A DNA stretch of 64,000 nt. Source: an uncultured Nitrospiraceae bacterium (lineage in GTDB: Bacteria; Nitrospirota; Nitrospiria; Nitrospirales; Nitrospiraceae). Position numbers and translations under genes: made by a program. The notes beneath the pieces were generated by a model. That model worked only from the letters and a program-made list of their open reading frames with translations, did no database searches and was not told the DNA's origin. Shown one piece after another: positions 47,611 to 58,213 of the stretch; position 1 is the stretch's first letter, and the number at the start of each line of letters is the position of its first letter. The stretch is taken from NCBI GenBank assembly GCA_963846575.1, contig CAWJWJ010000001.1, positions 864,001 through 928,000 on the forward strand, given 5' to 3'.

Positions 47611-49359
47611 ATGGAAAAACGCGTCATAGTTTTCCTCATCGTGTCAGTGGCCGTCATTATCGGTTATGACTTTCTTCTGAAGGGCATGGGATTGATGCCG
47701 CCTGTGGAGCCTGCCCCCGAGGTTTCCACAGCAGAACGGGCAGTTTCATCGGGCAAAGTAGCAGAGCCGCAGGCTGAGACCACTAAGTCGGTCAGTCCCT
47801 CATCTGTTCTCCCGGCCGGGAAACCCGCTTCCGCCATTGCCGTGCAAGGTGAAACCGGGCCGGCCAGCCAGGAACAGACGGTTGAGATCGATACCGATTT
47901 GTTTCGTGCAAAGTTCAGCAATCGCGGCGCAGTGCTGAAGTCTTGGGAATTGAAACGGTACACCACAGCCGGGGAACAGGGCCCACAGCCCGTCCAATTG
48001 ATCTACAGCGGGGGGCGGTTCAAGGGGCCTCTCAGCCTGACGACCAATGATGCTGCGGTCACCAACGATCTTGAAAGCGCTCTGTACCACGTCAGCCAGG
48101 ACGTTTCACAGCTTGATAGCGCCCACCCTGTCGGCCATGTCACTTTCCGTTATCATGACGCCCAAAGAGACGTTGAGGTCGAGAAGGAACTGACCTTTCA
48201 TCACGACAGTTACGTGGTGGATATCGCCATCAGGACACAAGGGTTGACGGCTCCGGTCGATGTGACGCTTGGCACCAACTTCGGCATTGTGGAATGGGGC
48301 GAAGGGTTCATCGGGCTGATGGGGTCAGCCTCCCTGGTGGATGACAAGGTGCTGAAGGAAACGCCGGACGGCGAATCCGAGCGTAAGGGCGATGTGAAGT
48401 GGTCAGCGATCCAGGACAAGTACTTTCTCAGTGTGTTGATGCCGCAAAAGGCATCCGCCGCCCTGGCAAAAAAACAGGGGGACAAACTGGTCTCGGCCGG
48501 TGTCCGGTTCGCCGCACCGGCGACTGGTTCGACGCTGGCGATGCAGCTCTATGCCGGCCCCAAGGAATACGACACGCTCAAACTCTTGAATGTGGGGTTG
48601 GAGGACACGATAGACTTCGGCTGGTTTGTGTTCGGGAGTTGGAGCCTGGTCAAGGCGGTTGCCAAGCCGATTTTTTATGTGTTGCGCTTTCTTTACGAGT
48701 TTACGCACAACTACGGGATTACTATCATTCTCTTGACCTTGTCGATCAAGTTGATGTTCGTCCCGCTCCAGTACAAAAGCTACAAGTCCATGAAGCAGAT
48801 GCAAGTCATCCAGCCGAAAGTGTTGGCCTTGCAGACGAAGTTCAAGGATGACCGTGAACGGCTGAACAAAGAACTGATCAAGTTGTACAAGGACCATAAG
48901 GTGAATCCCGTTGGGGGCTGCCTGCCGATGGTGCTTCAGATGCCGGTGTTTGTGGCACTGTTTAATATCCTGTACATGACGATTGATCTCCGCCAGGCGC
49001 CATTCATGCTCTGGATCCAGGATCTTTCCGTCCAGGACCCCTATTACGTTCTTCCCATCATCATGGGCGCGACGATGGTCATTCAGCAGAAAATTACCCC
49101 GACGACCATGGACCCGACGCAAGCCAAGATCATGCTGTTCTTGCCGGTGTTCATGACCTTTTTGTTCGTGAACTTTCCCGCCGGACTGGTCCTCTATTGG
49201 TTGACCAACAACGTGCTTACGATCACGCAGCAGGTGGTGACCGAGCGACTCTTCTCCAAAAAGTGGCAGGTAGCTGCAGCACAAGGCGATGCCACGCTCA
49301 TTGAAGAACCGAAAGAGCAGAAAAGTAACGGCAAGCGGCGAAACAGTCCGGCCGAGTAA
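47611..49359 (+). CDS. yidC: Membrane protein insertase
   Basis: YAGPK, IDFGW, NYGITII, NPVGGCLP, QDPYYVLP, PAGLVLYW. Confidence 0.97.
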   Translation: MEKRVIVFLIVSVAVIIGYDFLLKGMGLMPPVEPAPEVSTAERAVSSGKVAEPQAETTKSVSPSSVLPAGKPASAIAVQGETGPASQEQTVEIDTDLFRAKFSNRGAVLKSWELKRYTTAGEQGPQPVQLIYSGGRFKGPLSLTTNDAAVTNDLESALYHVSQDVSQLDSAHPVGHVTFRYHDAQRDVEVEKELTFHHDSYVVDIAIRTQGLTAPVDVTLGTNFGIVEWGEGFIGLMGSASLVDDKVLKETPDGESERKGDVKWSAIQDKYFLSVLMPQKASAALAKKQGDKLVSAGVRFAAPATGSTLAMQLYAGPKEYDTLKLLNVGLEDTIDFGWFVFGSWSLVKAVAKPIFYVLRFLYEFTHNYGITIILLTLSIKLMFVPLQYKSYKSMKQMQVIQPKVLALQTKFKDDRERLNKELIKLYKDHKVNPVGGCLPMVLQMPVFVALFNILYMTIDLRQAPFMLWIQDLSVQDPYYVLPIIMGATMVIQQKITPTTMDPTQAKIMLFLPVFMTFLFVNFPAGLVLYWLTNNVLTITQQVVTERLFSKKWQVAAAQGDATLIEEPKEQKSNGKRRNSPAE

Positions 49360-49379
49360 CCTCTACAACTGGGTGCGTC

Positions 49380-50810
49380 ATGCGTGGCGCGCTGGACGAT
49401 ACGATTTGTGCCATTGCAACTCCTCCCGGTGAAGGGGGAATCGGCGTGGTCCGCATCAGCGGCCTCGAGGCCCTCGACTGCGCTTCTCAGGTCATTCGTC
49501 TCCGATCAGGCAAGCTTCTTCAGGATCTTCGAACTCATAGAATGGCGCTGGCGGATGTCTGCGCGGATCGCCACAGGCCAGGGGCCGGGCCCGAATTTGC
49601 TGGGCCAACCCGTTCAGTTATTGATGAAGCACTGGTTGTCGTAATGAGACGGCCGCATTCTTTTACGGGGGAGGATGTGGTCGAGGTGCAGTGCCACGGC
49701 GGTCCGGTCATACTCGATCAGCTGTGCAAGGCATTGTTGCTTGCGGGAGCCAGACTGGCCGAGCCGGGCGAGTTTACCAAACGAGCCTTTCTCAATGGCC
49801 GGTTAGACCTCGCGCAGGCCGAGGCCGTGCTCGATACCATCAGGGCGAAAACCGAACGCAGCCTGACCCTTGCCCAATCGCAACGCCGGGGGGAATTGTC
49901 GCAGGAGGTGGAAGCGACGCGCTCGGCATTGGTCGTGGCTCTCGCGCACATCGAGGCCGCGCTGGACTTTGCAGAGGAAGACATCACATTTGTTCAGCAG
50001 GACGAACTCTTGCGGGTGCTTGAGTCGACGGCAACCAGACTGCGACGACTGGTCCAGTCCGGCAGGGAAGGCCGGATCTGGAGAGAGGGCGCGGCCGTGG
50101 CGATTCTCGGTTGCCCGAATGTCGGCAAATCCAGCTTGATGAACGCCTTACTGAGAAGTGATCGCGCCATTGTCACGCCCGTTCCTGGTACGACACGGGA
50201 TATGCTGGAGGAAGTCGTCAGTATCGATGGCCTGCCAGTGCGGTTGTTTGATACGGCCGGCATCCGGTCCACTGAGGATCCAGTCGAGGCTGAAGGTATC
50301 CGTCGCAGTCAGCTCGCCTGGGAGGAGGCCGACCTTGCCCTCATTCTGTTGGATGGTTCTGAGCATCTGTCCGAGGGCGATCGAGTCCTGCTGGCCCGTC
50401 ACGAAGCGGCGCGAGCTCTGCTGGTCATTAATAAGTGCGATCTGCCTCGACGGCTCACGCCGGAGGAGCTTGCCCAGGCCTGCCCCGCCCCTGAAGGCAC
50501 GATCGACATTTCAGCCAAAATGCGGATTGGGTTGCACGAACTGCGAGACGCAATTCGCAGCCGGCTGACGCCCAGCCGATTTGAGTCGCGGGAGGGAGTC
50601 CTCGTAACCAATCTCCGCCATGCGGCGGCGCTTGAACGGGCGTGCCACGGTGTGGAACAGGCGACCCAATCAGTTCAGAATGGACGTGCGGGAGAGCTGG
50701 TTGCAGTGGATCTTCGCATTGCCTCGGATGCTTTAGGGGAAATTACGGGTGCCATCACGACCGATGAAATTCTCGAACGGATCTTTGCTGAATTCTGCAT
50801 AGGCAAATGA
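49380..50810 (+). CDS. mnmE: tRNA modification GTPase MnmE/TrmE
   Basis: [44 protein letters not shown]. Confidence 0.97.
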   Translation: MRGALDDTICAIATPPGEGGIGVVRISGLEALDCASQVIRLRSGKLLQDLRTHRMALADVCADRHRPGAGPEFAGPTRSVIDEALVVVMRRPHSFTGEDVVEVQCHGGPVILDQLCKALLLAGARLAEPGEFTKRAFLNGRLDLAQAEAVLDTIRAKTERSLTLAQSQRRGELSQEVEATRSALVVALAHIEAALDFAEEDITFVQQDELLRVLESTATRLRRLVQSGREGRIWREGAAVAILGCPNVGKSSLMNALLRSDRAIVTPVPGTTRDMLEEVVSIDGLPVRLFDTAGIRSTEDPVEAEGIRRSQLAWEEADLALILLDGSEHLSEGDRVLLARHEAARALLVINKCDLPRRLTPEELAQACPAPEGTIDISAKMRIGLHELRDAIRSRLTPSRFESREGVLVTNLRHAAALERACHGVEQATQSVQNGRAGELVAVDLRIASDALGEITGAITTDEILERIFAEFCIGK

Positions 50811-50823
50811 AAGGGCCTCATTC

Positions 50824-52701
50824 GTGAGCGAACAATGTGATGTCATTGTGGTGGGAGGTGGGCACGCGGGATGTGAGGCAGCGTTGGCTGCGGCTCGTAT
50901 GGGAGCACAGACGATCTTGCTCACCATGGATTCTGAGCGTATTGCCCAAATGTCCTGCAATCCAGCCATCGGCGGCATTGCGAAGGGCCATCTGGTGAAG
51001 GAGATCGACGCCCTGGGTGGTGAAATGGGTCGAAACACCGATCTGGCGGGTATCCAATTTCGCATGATCAATACGAGCAAGGGGCCTGCGGTGCGTGCTT
51101 TGCGCGCGCAATGCGACAAGAAAGTGTATCGCGAGGTCATGCAGGGAACGCTGCGCGCACAGCCTCGGCTCGAAATCGCCTGTGGAACCGTCGACCGTAT
51201 CCTGACCCAGTCTGGAGCCGTGACTGGTGTCGTGACTGATGGAGGGCGGCATATCCAGGCGAGGGCGGTCGTTCTCACATCGGGGACATTTCTGAAGGGG
51301 CTGATTCATATCGGCCTCAATCATTTTCCGGCCGGCCGGGCAGGAGAAGCGTCGGCAGAGCATCTCTCCGATTGCATGCGTGACTTTGGTTTTGAGGTAG
51401 GGCGACTCAAGACGGGCACGCCACCTCGGCTGGACCGTGATTCGATCGATTTTTCCGTCATGGTCCCCCAGCCGGGAGACGACCCGCCGCAACCATTCTC
51501 CTACAGAACCAGGCAATTACCGCTAGCGCAGGTTTCTTGCCATTTGACCTATACGAACTCACAAACACATGAAATAATTAATAAAAACATAGATAGGTCG
51601 CCGTTGTTCAGTGGCATTATCGATTCGGTCGGCCCACGATACTGCCCTTCGATAGAAGACAAAGTCGTCAGGTTTGCCGATAAAGACCGCCACCAGATTT
51701 TTATCGAACCAGAGGGGTTGGACACGAATGAATTCTATCCCAATGGGATCTCCACCAGCTTGCCGGTCGATGTGCAGGCTGCCATTCTCAAGACGATTCC
51801 AGGCCTCGAGCGGGCGACAATCCTCAAGCCGGGCTACGCGGTTGAATATGATTTTTTCCCGCCTCGCCAGTTGCATGGCACGCTGGAAACAAAACTAGTG
51901 CAAGGGCTATATCATGCAGGCCAAATTAATGGGACCTCCGGTTATGAAGAAGCCGGGGCCCAGGGCATCATGGCTGGGGTGAACGCCGCCTTGAAGCTCA
52001 GAGGGGACCCACCGCTTGTACTGGAGCGATCCCAGGCATATATCGGCGTGCTCATTGATGATTTGATCACGAAAGATGCCAGAGAGCCTTATCGGATGTT
52101 TACTTCGCGTGCAGAGTACAGGCTCCTGCTTCGCCATGACAATGCCGACCTTCGATTGATGGCGATCGGGCATCAACTCGGGCTTGTGTCTGATGAATTG
52201 TATGGAAAACTCGAGAATAAACAGATCGCGATCAATGGCGAGGTCACTCGGCTTAAGAACACCAGGCCTCGGCTGACGCCAGCATTGAACCGTCTGATCG
52301 AGCAGCAGGAAATAGGAGCGGTCACTGCAAACCAGTCGCTAGCGGAGATTTTAAGGCGCCAGGATATGACTTATGAAAAAGTCCTGTCGGTGTTTGGTAA
52401 ATCTGATATCGATGATCCTGAAACCGCAGCGGCCATCGAACTTGAAATAAAATACGAAGGATATATTAAGCGCCAGCTCCAACAGATTCATCGTGCGGAG
52501 AAACTTGAACACCGGGCCATCCCCGGGATCTTCGATTACGACGCCGTTCCAGGCTTTTCGGGTGAAGTGCGAGAAAAATTGAAGCGGGTGAAGCCAGCCT
52601 CAATTGGTCAAGCATCCAGAATTGCAGGTGTGACGCCTGCTGCGATTTCCCTGCTTCTAGTGGCCGTCGAAAGGCACCGTCGGCAATTCGCTTCCACGTA
52701 A
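50824..52701 (+). CDS. mnmG: tRNA uridine-5-carboxymethylaminomethyl synthesis enzyme MnmG/GidA
   Basis: [57 protein letters not shown]. Confidence 0.98.
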   Translation: MSEQCDVIVVGGGHAGCEAALAAARMGAQTILLTMDSERIAQMSCNPAIGGIAKGHLVKEIDALGGEMGRNTDLAGIQFRMINTSKGPAVRALRAQCDKKVYREVMQGTLRAQPRLEIACGTVDRILTQSGAVTGVVTDGGRHIQARAVVLTSGTFLKGLIHIGLNHFPAGRAGEASAEHLSDCMRDFGFEVGRLKTGTPPRLDRDSIDFSVMVPQPGDDPPQPFSYRTRQLPLAQVSCHLTYTNSQTHEIINKNIDRSPLFSGIIDSVGPRYCPSIEDKVVRFADKDRHQIFIEPEGLDTNEFYPNGISTSLPVDVQAAILKTIPGLERATILKPGYAVEYDFFPPRQLHGTLETKLVQGLYHAGQINGTSGYEEAGAQGIMAGVNAALKLRGDPPLVLERSQAYIGVLIDDLITKDAREPYRMFTSRAEYRLLLRHDNADLRLMAIGHQLGLVSDELYGKLENKQIAINGEVTRLKNTRPRLTPALNRLIEQQEIGAVTANQSLAEILRRQDMTYEKVLSVFGKSDIDDPETAAAIELEIKYEGYIKRQLQQIHRAEKLEHRAIPGIFDYDAVPGFSGEVREKLKRVKPASIGQASRIAGVTPAAISLLLVAVERHRRQFAST

Positions 52702-52774
52702 CTCACCAGGTTTACTGGTTCATTATTTGATGATCCGCTTGAACCAGCTTGACCGTGGGAACGGTTTCGCGTAA

Positions 52775-53434
52775 TTGTTCCACGTGGAACAGGCTTCTTT
52801 CTCACAGCTCCTCATGGCATCCGCCGCAGATCTCTCAATTCCCTTTCAGGACTCTGCAGTTCCTCACTTTTACAAGTATTTCTGCGAGCTTCAGAAATGG
52901 AACGAGGCCATGAATCTCACTGCTATTCTCAATGATCATGAGATTGTAGTGAAGCATTTCGTAGATTCCATGGCCGGACTGAAAGCTTTGGAGCTGAGAG
53001 AAGACGTGGAACTGCTGGATATAGGGGCTGGCGCAGGGTTTCCATCCATTCCCCTAAAATTGATTTGGCCGAGCCTGTCGATTGAGCTGCTCGAGCCAAG
53101 CAAAAAAAAGACTTCGTTCTTGCGTTATCTCATCGGATCTATTGGGATTACAGGAGCGACAGTAGTGACATCGAAGTTGGAAAGCTACGTCGAGCAGGGG
53201 CACAGTCAGCGGTTGTTTGACTATATTGTGGTCAGGGCATTCAAGGTTAATTCATTTGGAAAGTCGTTAGGGCGTCTCCTGAAGCAGGGGGGGAAGGTCG
53301 TGTTATTCCGGGCGACCAGGGTAGAGGAAGATTTCAGCCTCGATAGCCTTGCTTTGGTGAGGGAAGTCGAGTATGAGCTTCCGTCAGGATACGGGCATAG
53401 AACGTTATCTGTATTTGCGAAGTCGGAAGAGTAG
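52775..53434 (+). CDS. rsmG: 16S rRNA m7G527 methyltransferase (true start may be ATG 52814)
   Basis: WNEAMNLTA, KHFVDS, LDIGAGAGFPSIPL, KKTSFL, VRAF; synteny. Confidence 0.93.
   Translation: MFHVEQASFSQLLMASAADLSIPFQDSAVPHFYKYFCELQKWNEAMNLTAILNDHEIVVKHFVDSMAGLKALELREDVELLDIGAGAGFPSIPLKLIWPSLSIELLEPSKKKTSFLRYLIGSIGITGATVVTSKLESYVEQGHSQRLFDYIVVRAFKVNSFGKSLGRLLKQGGKVVLFRATRVEEDFSLDSLALVREVEYELPSGYGHRTLSVFAKSEE
52776..52791. promoter_or_regulatory. parS: parS centromere site
   Basis: Perfect palindrome TGTTCCACGTGGAACA. Confidence 0.93.
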
Positions 53435-53439
53435 CCTCA

Positions 53440-53455
53440 TGTTCCACGTGGAACA
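53440..53455. promoter_or_regulatory. parS: parS centromere site within a 28-bp perfect palindrome (53434-53461)
   Basis: GCCTCA-TGTTCCACGTGGAACA-TGAGGC. Confidence 0.95.
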
Positions 53456-53488
53456 TGAGGCCTCGGGCACAATAACTGGGGTAAAGGA

Positions 53489-54265
53489 ATGTCTCGAATC
53501 ATCGCTGTCGCAAACCAGAAGGGAGGAGTGGGTAAAACCACCACCTCGGTAAATCTCGCCGCAGCGTTAGCAATCGAAGGCGAATCAGTCCTCTTGATTG
53601 ATATCGACCCCCAAGGTAATGCAACGAGCGGCCTTGGAGCTGACCCCATGTCGCTAGGGAAAACGGTCTACAACGCATTGATCAGTGGGGACAGCATTGA
53701 ATCTATTACCATGCCGACGGCGGTTAACGGCCTTTCGCTAGTGCCATCCAATTCGCACCTTGCGGGAGCCGAAGTGGATTTGGTCAATATGGATTCCAGG
53801 GAGGTCCGTCTGAAGGAATCTCTGGCTGAAATTGCCGACCGATACGACACGATCTTGTTGGACTGTCCTCCGGCGCTGGGGTTGCTGACGATCAATGCGA
53901 TGGTGGCCGCACATTCTGTTCTTATTCCTGTCCAGTGTGAATATTATGCGATGGAAGGACTGGGTCGACTCATGGAAAGCATTCAGCGGCTCAAGGAGGC
54001 GCTGAACCCTGAATTGGAAATCGAAGGAATTGTCCTGACCATGTACGACGCCCGCAATTCATTGGCCCGCCAGGTCGTGGAGCAGATACGGGGACATTTC
54101 AAGGAAGCAGTCTACCAAACGATGATTCCGCGCAATGTCACACTGGCAGAGGCCCCGAGTTATGGTCGTCCGGCCTTGTTGTACAACGTGGCTTCGGCGG
54201 GAGCCCAAGCTTATCTTTCCCTAGCCAAGGAGTTTGTCGTCCATGGAGAAAAAAGCCCTCGGTAG
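53489..54265 (+). CDS. parA: Chromosome partitioning ATPase ParA/Soj
   Basis: NQKGGVGKTTT, DIDPQGNA, DCPP, PVQCEYYAMEG, IPRNVTLAEAPS. Confidence 0.97.
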   Translation: MSRIIAVANQKGGVGKTTTSVNLAAALAIEGESVLLIDIDPQGNATSGLGADPMSLGKTVYNALISGDSIESITMPTAVNGLSLVPSNSHLAGAEVDLVNMDSREVRLKESLAEIADRYDTILLDCPPALGLLTINAMVAAHSVLIPVQCEYYAMEGLGRLMESIQRLKEALNPELEIEGIVLTMYDARNSLARQVVEQIRGHFKEAVYQTMIPRNVTLAEAPSYGRPALLYNVASAGAQAYLSLAKEFVVHGEKSPR

Positions 54266-55091
54266 AGGACTCGATGCATTGCTGCCGACATCCCGGACAA
54301 CCGCGGACCCGGAGCGGGGTGATGTGCAGGAATTGCGGCTGGAATCGATTGTTCCGAACCGGTTTCAACCGCGGCAGCACTTCTCCGAGCTGGAGCTTGC
54401 TGAATTAACTGCCTCCCTGAAGCAGAATGGACTCCTTCAGCCAATTTTAGTGCGGCGAAAGGGCGACGGCATCTTTGAGCTGATTGCCGGAGAGCGCCGC
54501 CTGAGGGCTGCTAAGTTAGCGGGAATGCAGAAGATTCCTGCGCTCGTGAGAAATGTGTCTGACCAGGAATCCATGGTACTCGCGTTGGTGGAAAATCTGC
54601 AGCGCGATGATTTAAATCCTATGGAGACAGCGCGGGCTTACCAGCGTATGTTGAACGAATTCGGCCTCACTCAGGAAGCGATCGCGCAGAAAGTGGCCTG
54701 TGACCGGTCATCCGTTGCCAATCTGCTGCGGCTCATGTCACTGCCCCATGAAGTGCAGCAGATGATCGAGGAGGATCAGCTTTCCACCGGACATGCCAAG
54801 GTCATTCTCGGATTGATGACACCGGCAGCCCAGGTGAACTTGGCTCAACAGATTGTGAAGGACCAGCTGTCCGTCCGAGAAGCGGAGCGGCTCGTGCAAA
54901 CTCACGCCGAGGCGCGAAAGCCGGGGAGGCGGTCAGCCAGGGTTCCCTTGCGGTCGGACCTCGAGGAGCGGCTGCAGAAGCGGCTGGGGACCAGAGTGGA
55001 TGTTCAGAAGCGCCGGCGCGGCGGGAAAATCGTGATTCACTATTTCTCGCCGGAAGAGCTGGACGGTGTCGTCGAGCGATTGCTTAATTAG
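54243..55091 (+). CDS. parB: Chromosome partitioning protein ParB/Spo0J
   Basis: ALGRGLDAL, NRFQPR, IAGERRLRA, ENLQR, HTH RSSVANLLRL. Confidence 0.97.
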   Translation: MEKKALGRGLDALLPTSRTTADPERGDVQELRLESIVPNRFQPRQHFSELELAELTASLKQNGLLQPILVRRKGDGIFELIAGERRLRAAKLAGMQKIPALVRNVSDQESMVLALVENLQRDDLNPMETARAYQRMLNEFGLTQEAIAQKVACDRSSVANLLRLMSLPHEVQQMIEEDQLSTGHAKVILGLMTPAAQVNLAQQIVKDQLSVREAERLVQTHAEARKPGRRSARVPLRSDLEERLQKRLGTRVDVQKRRRGGKIVIHYFSPEELDGVVERLLN

Positions 55092-55244
55092 CCGAGCGGG
55101 TGTTTTGGGAGAAGATTTTTTGATTCCCACCGAGTAGAATGCCCACGTGTTCAGTCAATCCGGTTTGAGAGTGATCCGGCAGGTATTCGAGAACCTCCCG
55201 GTCTAATCGCATGAGATGTTGCAACCCCGTGGGAGGTGTGAGTG

Positions 55245-55727
55245 ATGTGGACCAAGGAAAAGCAGGACGGGAAACGCCCGGCGGCACAAGGTGAGGGAAC
55301 GGATATGGAGAATCTAGACGTGGCAGCACCTCGAGAAGGAAATGAAGAGATCAATGCCTTTGTCGGAAAGGGCGTGAGTTTCAAGGGCGTCATTTCTTAT
55401 AACGGCACCGTTCGCATCGACGGCAATCTGGATGGGGAAATTCACACTGAAGGGGTGTTGCTGGTCGGTGAGGATGCGGTTTTGAACGCAAAGATCACAG
55501 CCGGCACTGTGGTGTGCAAGGGGAAAATCACCGGGGATATCAGTGCCCGGGAAAAAGTGAAATTGCGCGCGCCCGCCGTGGTGAATGCCGGTGTGAAAGC
55601 CCCGCTCATCGCTATGGAAGAAGGCGTGGTGTTCAACGGGACGTTGGAAATGAGCCAGTCGGGGACACGCGAACCGCAAGGTCAGGGGGCCACGCGGGGG
55701 CAGTCCGTCAAGCTGGTGGGCGGCTAG
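55245..55727 (+). CDS. Bactofilin (polymer-forming cytoskeletal protein)
   Basis: FVGKGVSFKGVI...VRIDG...GEI...GKITGDI...MEEGVVFNG beta-helix; GGGAGG RBS. Confidence 0.93.
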   Translation: MWTKEKQDGKRPAAQGEGTDMENLDVAAPREGNEEINAFVGKGVSFKGVISYNGTVRIDGNLDGEIHTEGVLLVGEDAVLNAKITAGTVVCKGKITGDISAREKVKLRAPAVVNAGVKAPLIAMEEGVVFNGTLEMSQSGTREPQGQGATRGQSVKLVGG

Positions 55728-55855
55728 ACATCTCACGGCCGAAGTCGTGGACAGAGTTGCGGCCATGGTAGAGCCTCGAGAGTCAGGCGCAGTCAAGGCT
55801 CACGCAGGCCGTGTGCCGACCCGTTATGTTTTGTTGGGTGTGAAGGAGGACGCCG

Positions 55856-56311
55856 ATGTGGGGTGAGACAAAAAAACAGCCCGTCGCAGAAGATGACAAG
55901 TTCACATTTCTTGGAAAGGGCACCAGCTTCAAAGGGATTGTCACCTTTGATGGCACCGTCCGTATCGATGGCCGCGTGGAAGGCGAAGTGCATACCGGAG
56001 GTGCGGTCATCATTGGAGAAAGTGCCATTATCAAAGGAATAATTGCCGCCGGATCGGTCGCCATCAGTGGGCGGGTTAAGGGCTCGGTGACCGCTACGCA
56101 AAAGGTTGAGCTCCAAAAGCCCGGCATTCTCATCGGCGACATACAGAGTCCGGTGGTAATGGTTGAGGAAGGTGCTCATTTTCACGGCATGAGTAACATG
56201 GGCGCCGAAAAGTGGGTGGAGGAGGAGTTGCCGGAATTTGGCTCACCGCAGGACACCGGCGTACATGATCTCGTGGCCCATCGCGGCAAAAGCAAGACGC
56301 ACGAACCGTAG
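55856..56311 (+). CDS. Bactofilin (second paralog)
   Basis: FLGKGTSFKGIV...VRIDGRVEGEV...VEEGAHFHG; AGGAGG RBS. Confidence 0.93.
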   Translation: MWGETKKQPVAEDDKFTFLGKGTSFKGIVTFDGTVRIDGRVEGEVHTGGAVIIGESAIIKGIIAAGSVAISGRVKGSVTATQKVELQKPGILIGDIQSPVVMVEEGAHFHGMSNMGAEKWVEEELPEFGSPQDTGVHDLVAHRGKSKTHEP

Positions 56312-56347
56312 CGGACGGCTCCGTCGTTACTTCCCCTGGTATTACTT

Positions 56348-57430
56348 ATGACACGTCACACAGTGCTGCTTGGCATGAGCGGCGGAGTGGATAGCTCCGT
56401 CGCGGCTTCTCTCCTGGTTCGGCAGGGCTACGATGTCCATGGCGTGACTCTCCAGGTGTGGGAACATGAGGATGACCAGGTGGCTGCCTCCAAGCGATGG
56501 GAAGAGCGTGGCTGTTGCAAAATCGGCATCGCCAGGTTTGTCGCTCAGCGGCTGAATATTCCCTACGAAGTCGTTGACCGCCGAGAGGTCTTCCAGCAGG
56601 GCGTAATCGATGATTTCGTTGCCGGATATGCCGCTGGCACGACCCCGAATCCCTGCGTGCGGTGCAATGAGCGCGTGAAATTGCGATCCTTGTACGCCTT
56701 GGCACAGGAGCGGGGGATGGACTACGTGGCCACGGGACATTATGCCCGCGTTCAGCAGGCAGAGGGCCAATGGTCGCTGCACCGTGCCCTGGACCAGCGC
56801 AAAGATCAAAGTTATTTTCTCTATCGACTCAACGCAGACTGGTTGCCACGGTTACTCTTCCCGGTCGGGCATATGCAGAAGCGGGATGTCTGGCAGGAGG
56901 CCGAAGCACTCGGGTTGCCGGTGGACGAACTCAAGGAAAGCCAGGAAATTTGTTTTGTGAGTCATGGCGACTATCGTACCTTTCTTGAGCACGAACGGCC
57001 CGCGATCAAGCAGCCCGGCGCGTTTGTGGGCGTGAACGGCGAAGTCCTTGGACAGCATGAGGGGATTGCGTTTTACACGCCCGGTCAACGACGCGGACTC
57101 GGCATCGCCGCCGGACAGCGGCTCTACGTACAAAAAGTCGTGCCGGAGTCAGGTCAGGTGGTGCTATGTACCGAAGATCAATTGGTGCAGGCGGAATGTG
57201 ACGTAGCCGATCTCAGTCTCCTTGATCGGACGATGAGTCGACGATCGCTTGAAGCGGAGGTAAAAGTTCGTTATGCCACCCCTCCCTCGACCGCGACTCT
57301 GACGCCCTCGAAAGATGGAGCAGTTCACATACGGTTCCATCAGCCGCAACGCGCTCTCAGCCCTGGCCAGTCCGCTGTGTTTTATGACGGAGACCGCGTG
57401 CTCGGCGGTGGCATCATCCAGCGCCGTTGA
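56348..57430 (+). CDS. mnmA: tRNA 2-thiouridylase
   Basis: MSGGVDSS, TPNPCVRCN, ATGHYA, KDQSYFL, ESQEICF, PGQSAVFY. Confidence 0.97.
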   Translation: MTRHTVLLGMSGGVDSSVAASLLVRQGYDVHGVTLQVWEHEDDQVAASKRWEERGCCKIGIARFVAQRLNIPYEVVDRREVFQQGVIDDFVAGYAAGTTPNPCVRCNERVKLRSLYALAQERGMDYVATGHYARVQQAEGQWSLHRALDQRKDQSYFLYRLNADWLPRLLFPVGHMQKRDVWQEAEALGLPVDELKESQEICFVSHGDYRTFLEHERPAIKQPGAFVGVNGEVLGQHEGIAFYTPGQRRGLGIAAGQRLYVQKVVPESGQVVLCTEDQLVQAECDVADLSLLDRTMSRRSLEAEVKVRYATPPSTATLTPSKDGAVHIRFHQPQRALSPGQSAVFYDGDRVLGGGIIQRR

Positions 57431-57563
57431 TCGTGCAGTGACAATTATTCATCTTTCACTAATCAATTAACGAGAGCTCGTCATTCGCATGCCCAGTCAG
57501 GCCTACTCTGGTGGTCAGCATTCCGGCGGGGGCATCTTGTTGCCAGCATTGTCCCGAACCTCC

Positions 57564-57593
57564 TTGACAGTACCCGCATGCAGATGCTAACTT
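57564..57593 (+). promoter_or_regulatory. Putative sigma70 promoter for the F1 ATP synthase operon
   Basis: TTGACA-N18-TAACTT with TGn extension. Confidence 0.55.
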
Positions 57594-57671
57594 GGCGCGC
57601 TTTTTGTCGTGCCCACCGCACGAAAGCTTCTCGTTTGATCAAAACACGGTTAACCGTAGCGGATAGTCATT

Positions 57672-58211
57672 GTGATTAAGACAGCCGTCGCACGTCGATA
57701 CGCAAAAGCTTTGTTTGAACTTCTCGATGCCTCAAGTGTTGAGCCGGTCCGGATGGCCCTGCAGGGTCTCGGAGAAGCGTTCGCGCAGTCTGCTGCGCTG
57801 CGCCATGCCGTCGCGTCACCGGTCTTTCCGGAAGAGACCAAGTTGAGTGTGCTGATCGAATTGGCCACCCGTCTCGGATGCCCGCCCATCGGCAAGACAT
57901 TTCTGGATCAATTGGTGAAAAAGAATCGGGTGAGTTTTCTGCCGGACATTGCCGAGGCGTTTGCTAAACTGGTGGACGCATCCAAGGGAACTCAGCAAGT
58001 CTCCGTCTCATCCGCGACCGCGTTGCCTGCTCCTGAGCAGGACCGAATCACCACCCGATTGCGCGACGTCCTGAAGCGCGACGTGGATGTCACATTCCAT
58101 ACCGAACCTGAACATGTCGCCGGCCTCCATATCCGCCTGGGCAGTACCGTCGTAGACAGCACGGTCAGGGGCCGACTGAGCGCCATGCAGCGTGTGTTGA
58201 CCAAGGAGTAG
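57672..58211 (+). CDS. atpH: ATP synthase F1 subunit delta
   Basis: [30 protein letters not shown]. Confidence 0.95.
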   Translation: MIKTAVARRYAKALFELLDASSVEPVRMALQGLGEAFAQSAALRHAVASPVFPEETKLSVLIELATRLGCPPIGKTFLDQLVKKNRVSFLPDIAEAFAKLVDASKGTQQVSVSSATALPAPEQDRITTRLRDVLKRDVDVTFHTEPEHVAGLHIRLGSTVVDSTVRGRLSAMQRVLTKE

Positions 58212-58213
58212 CC

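Noticed and set aside
52690..52775. Additional degenerate parS-like sites (also CGTTCCACGTGACCGC at 27078-27093)
   Set aside because: Only about 9-10 of 16 bases match and the symmetry is lost.
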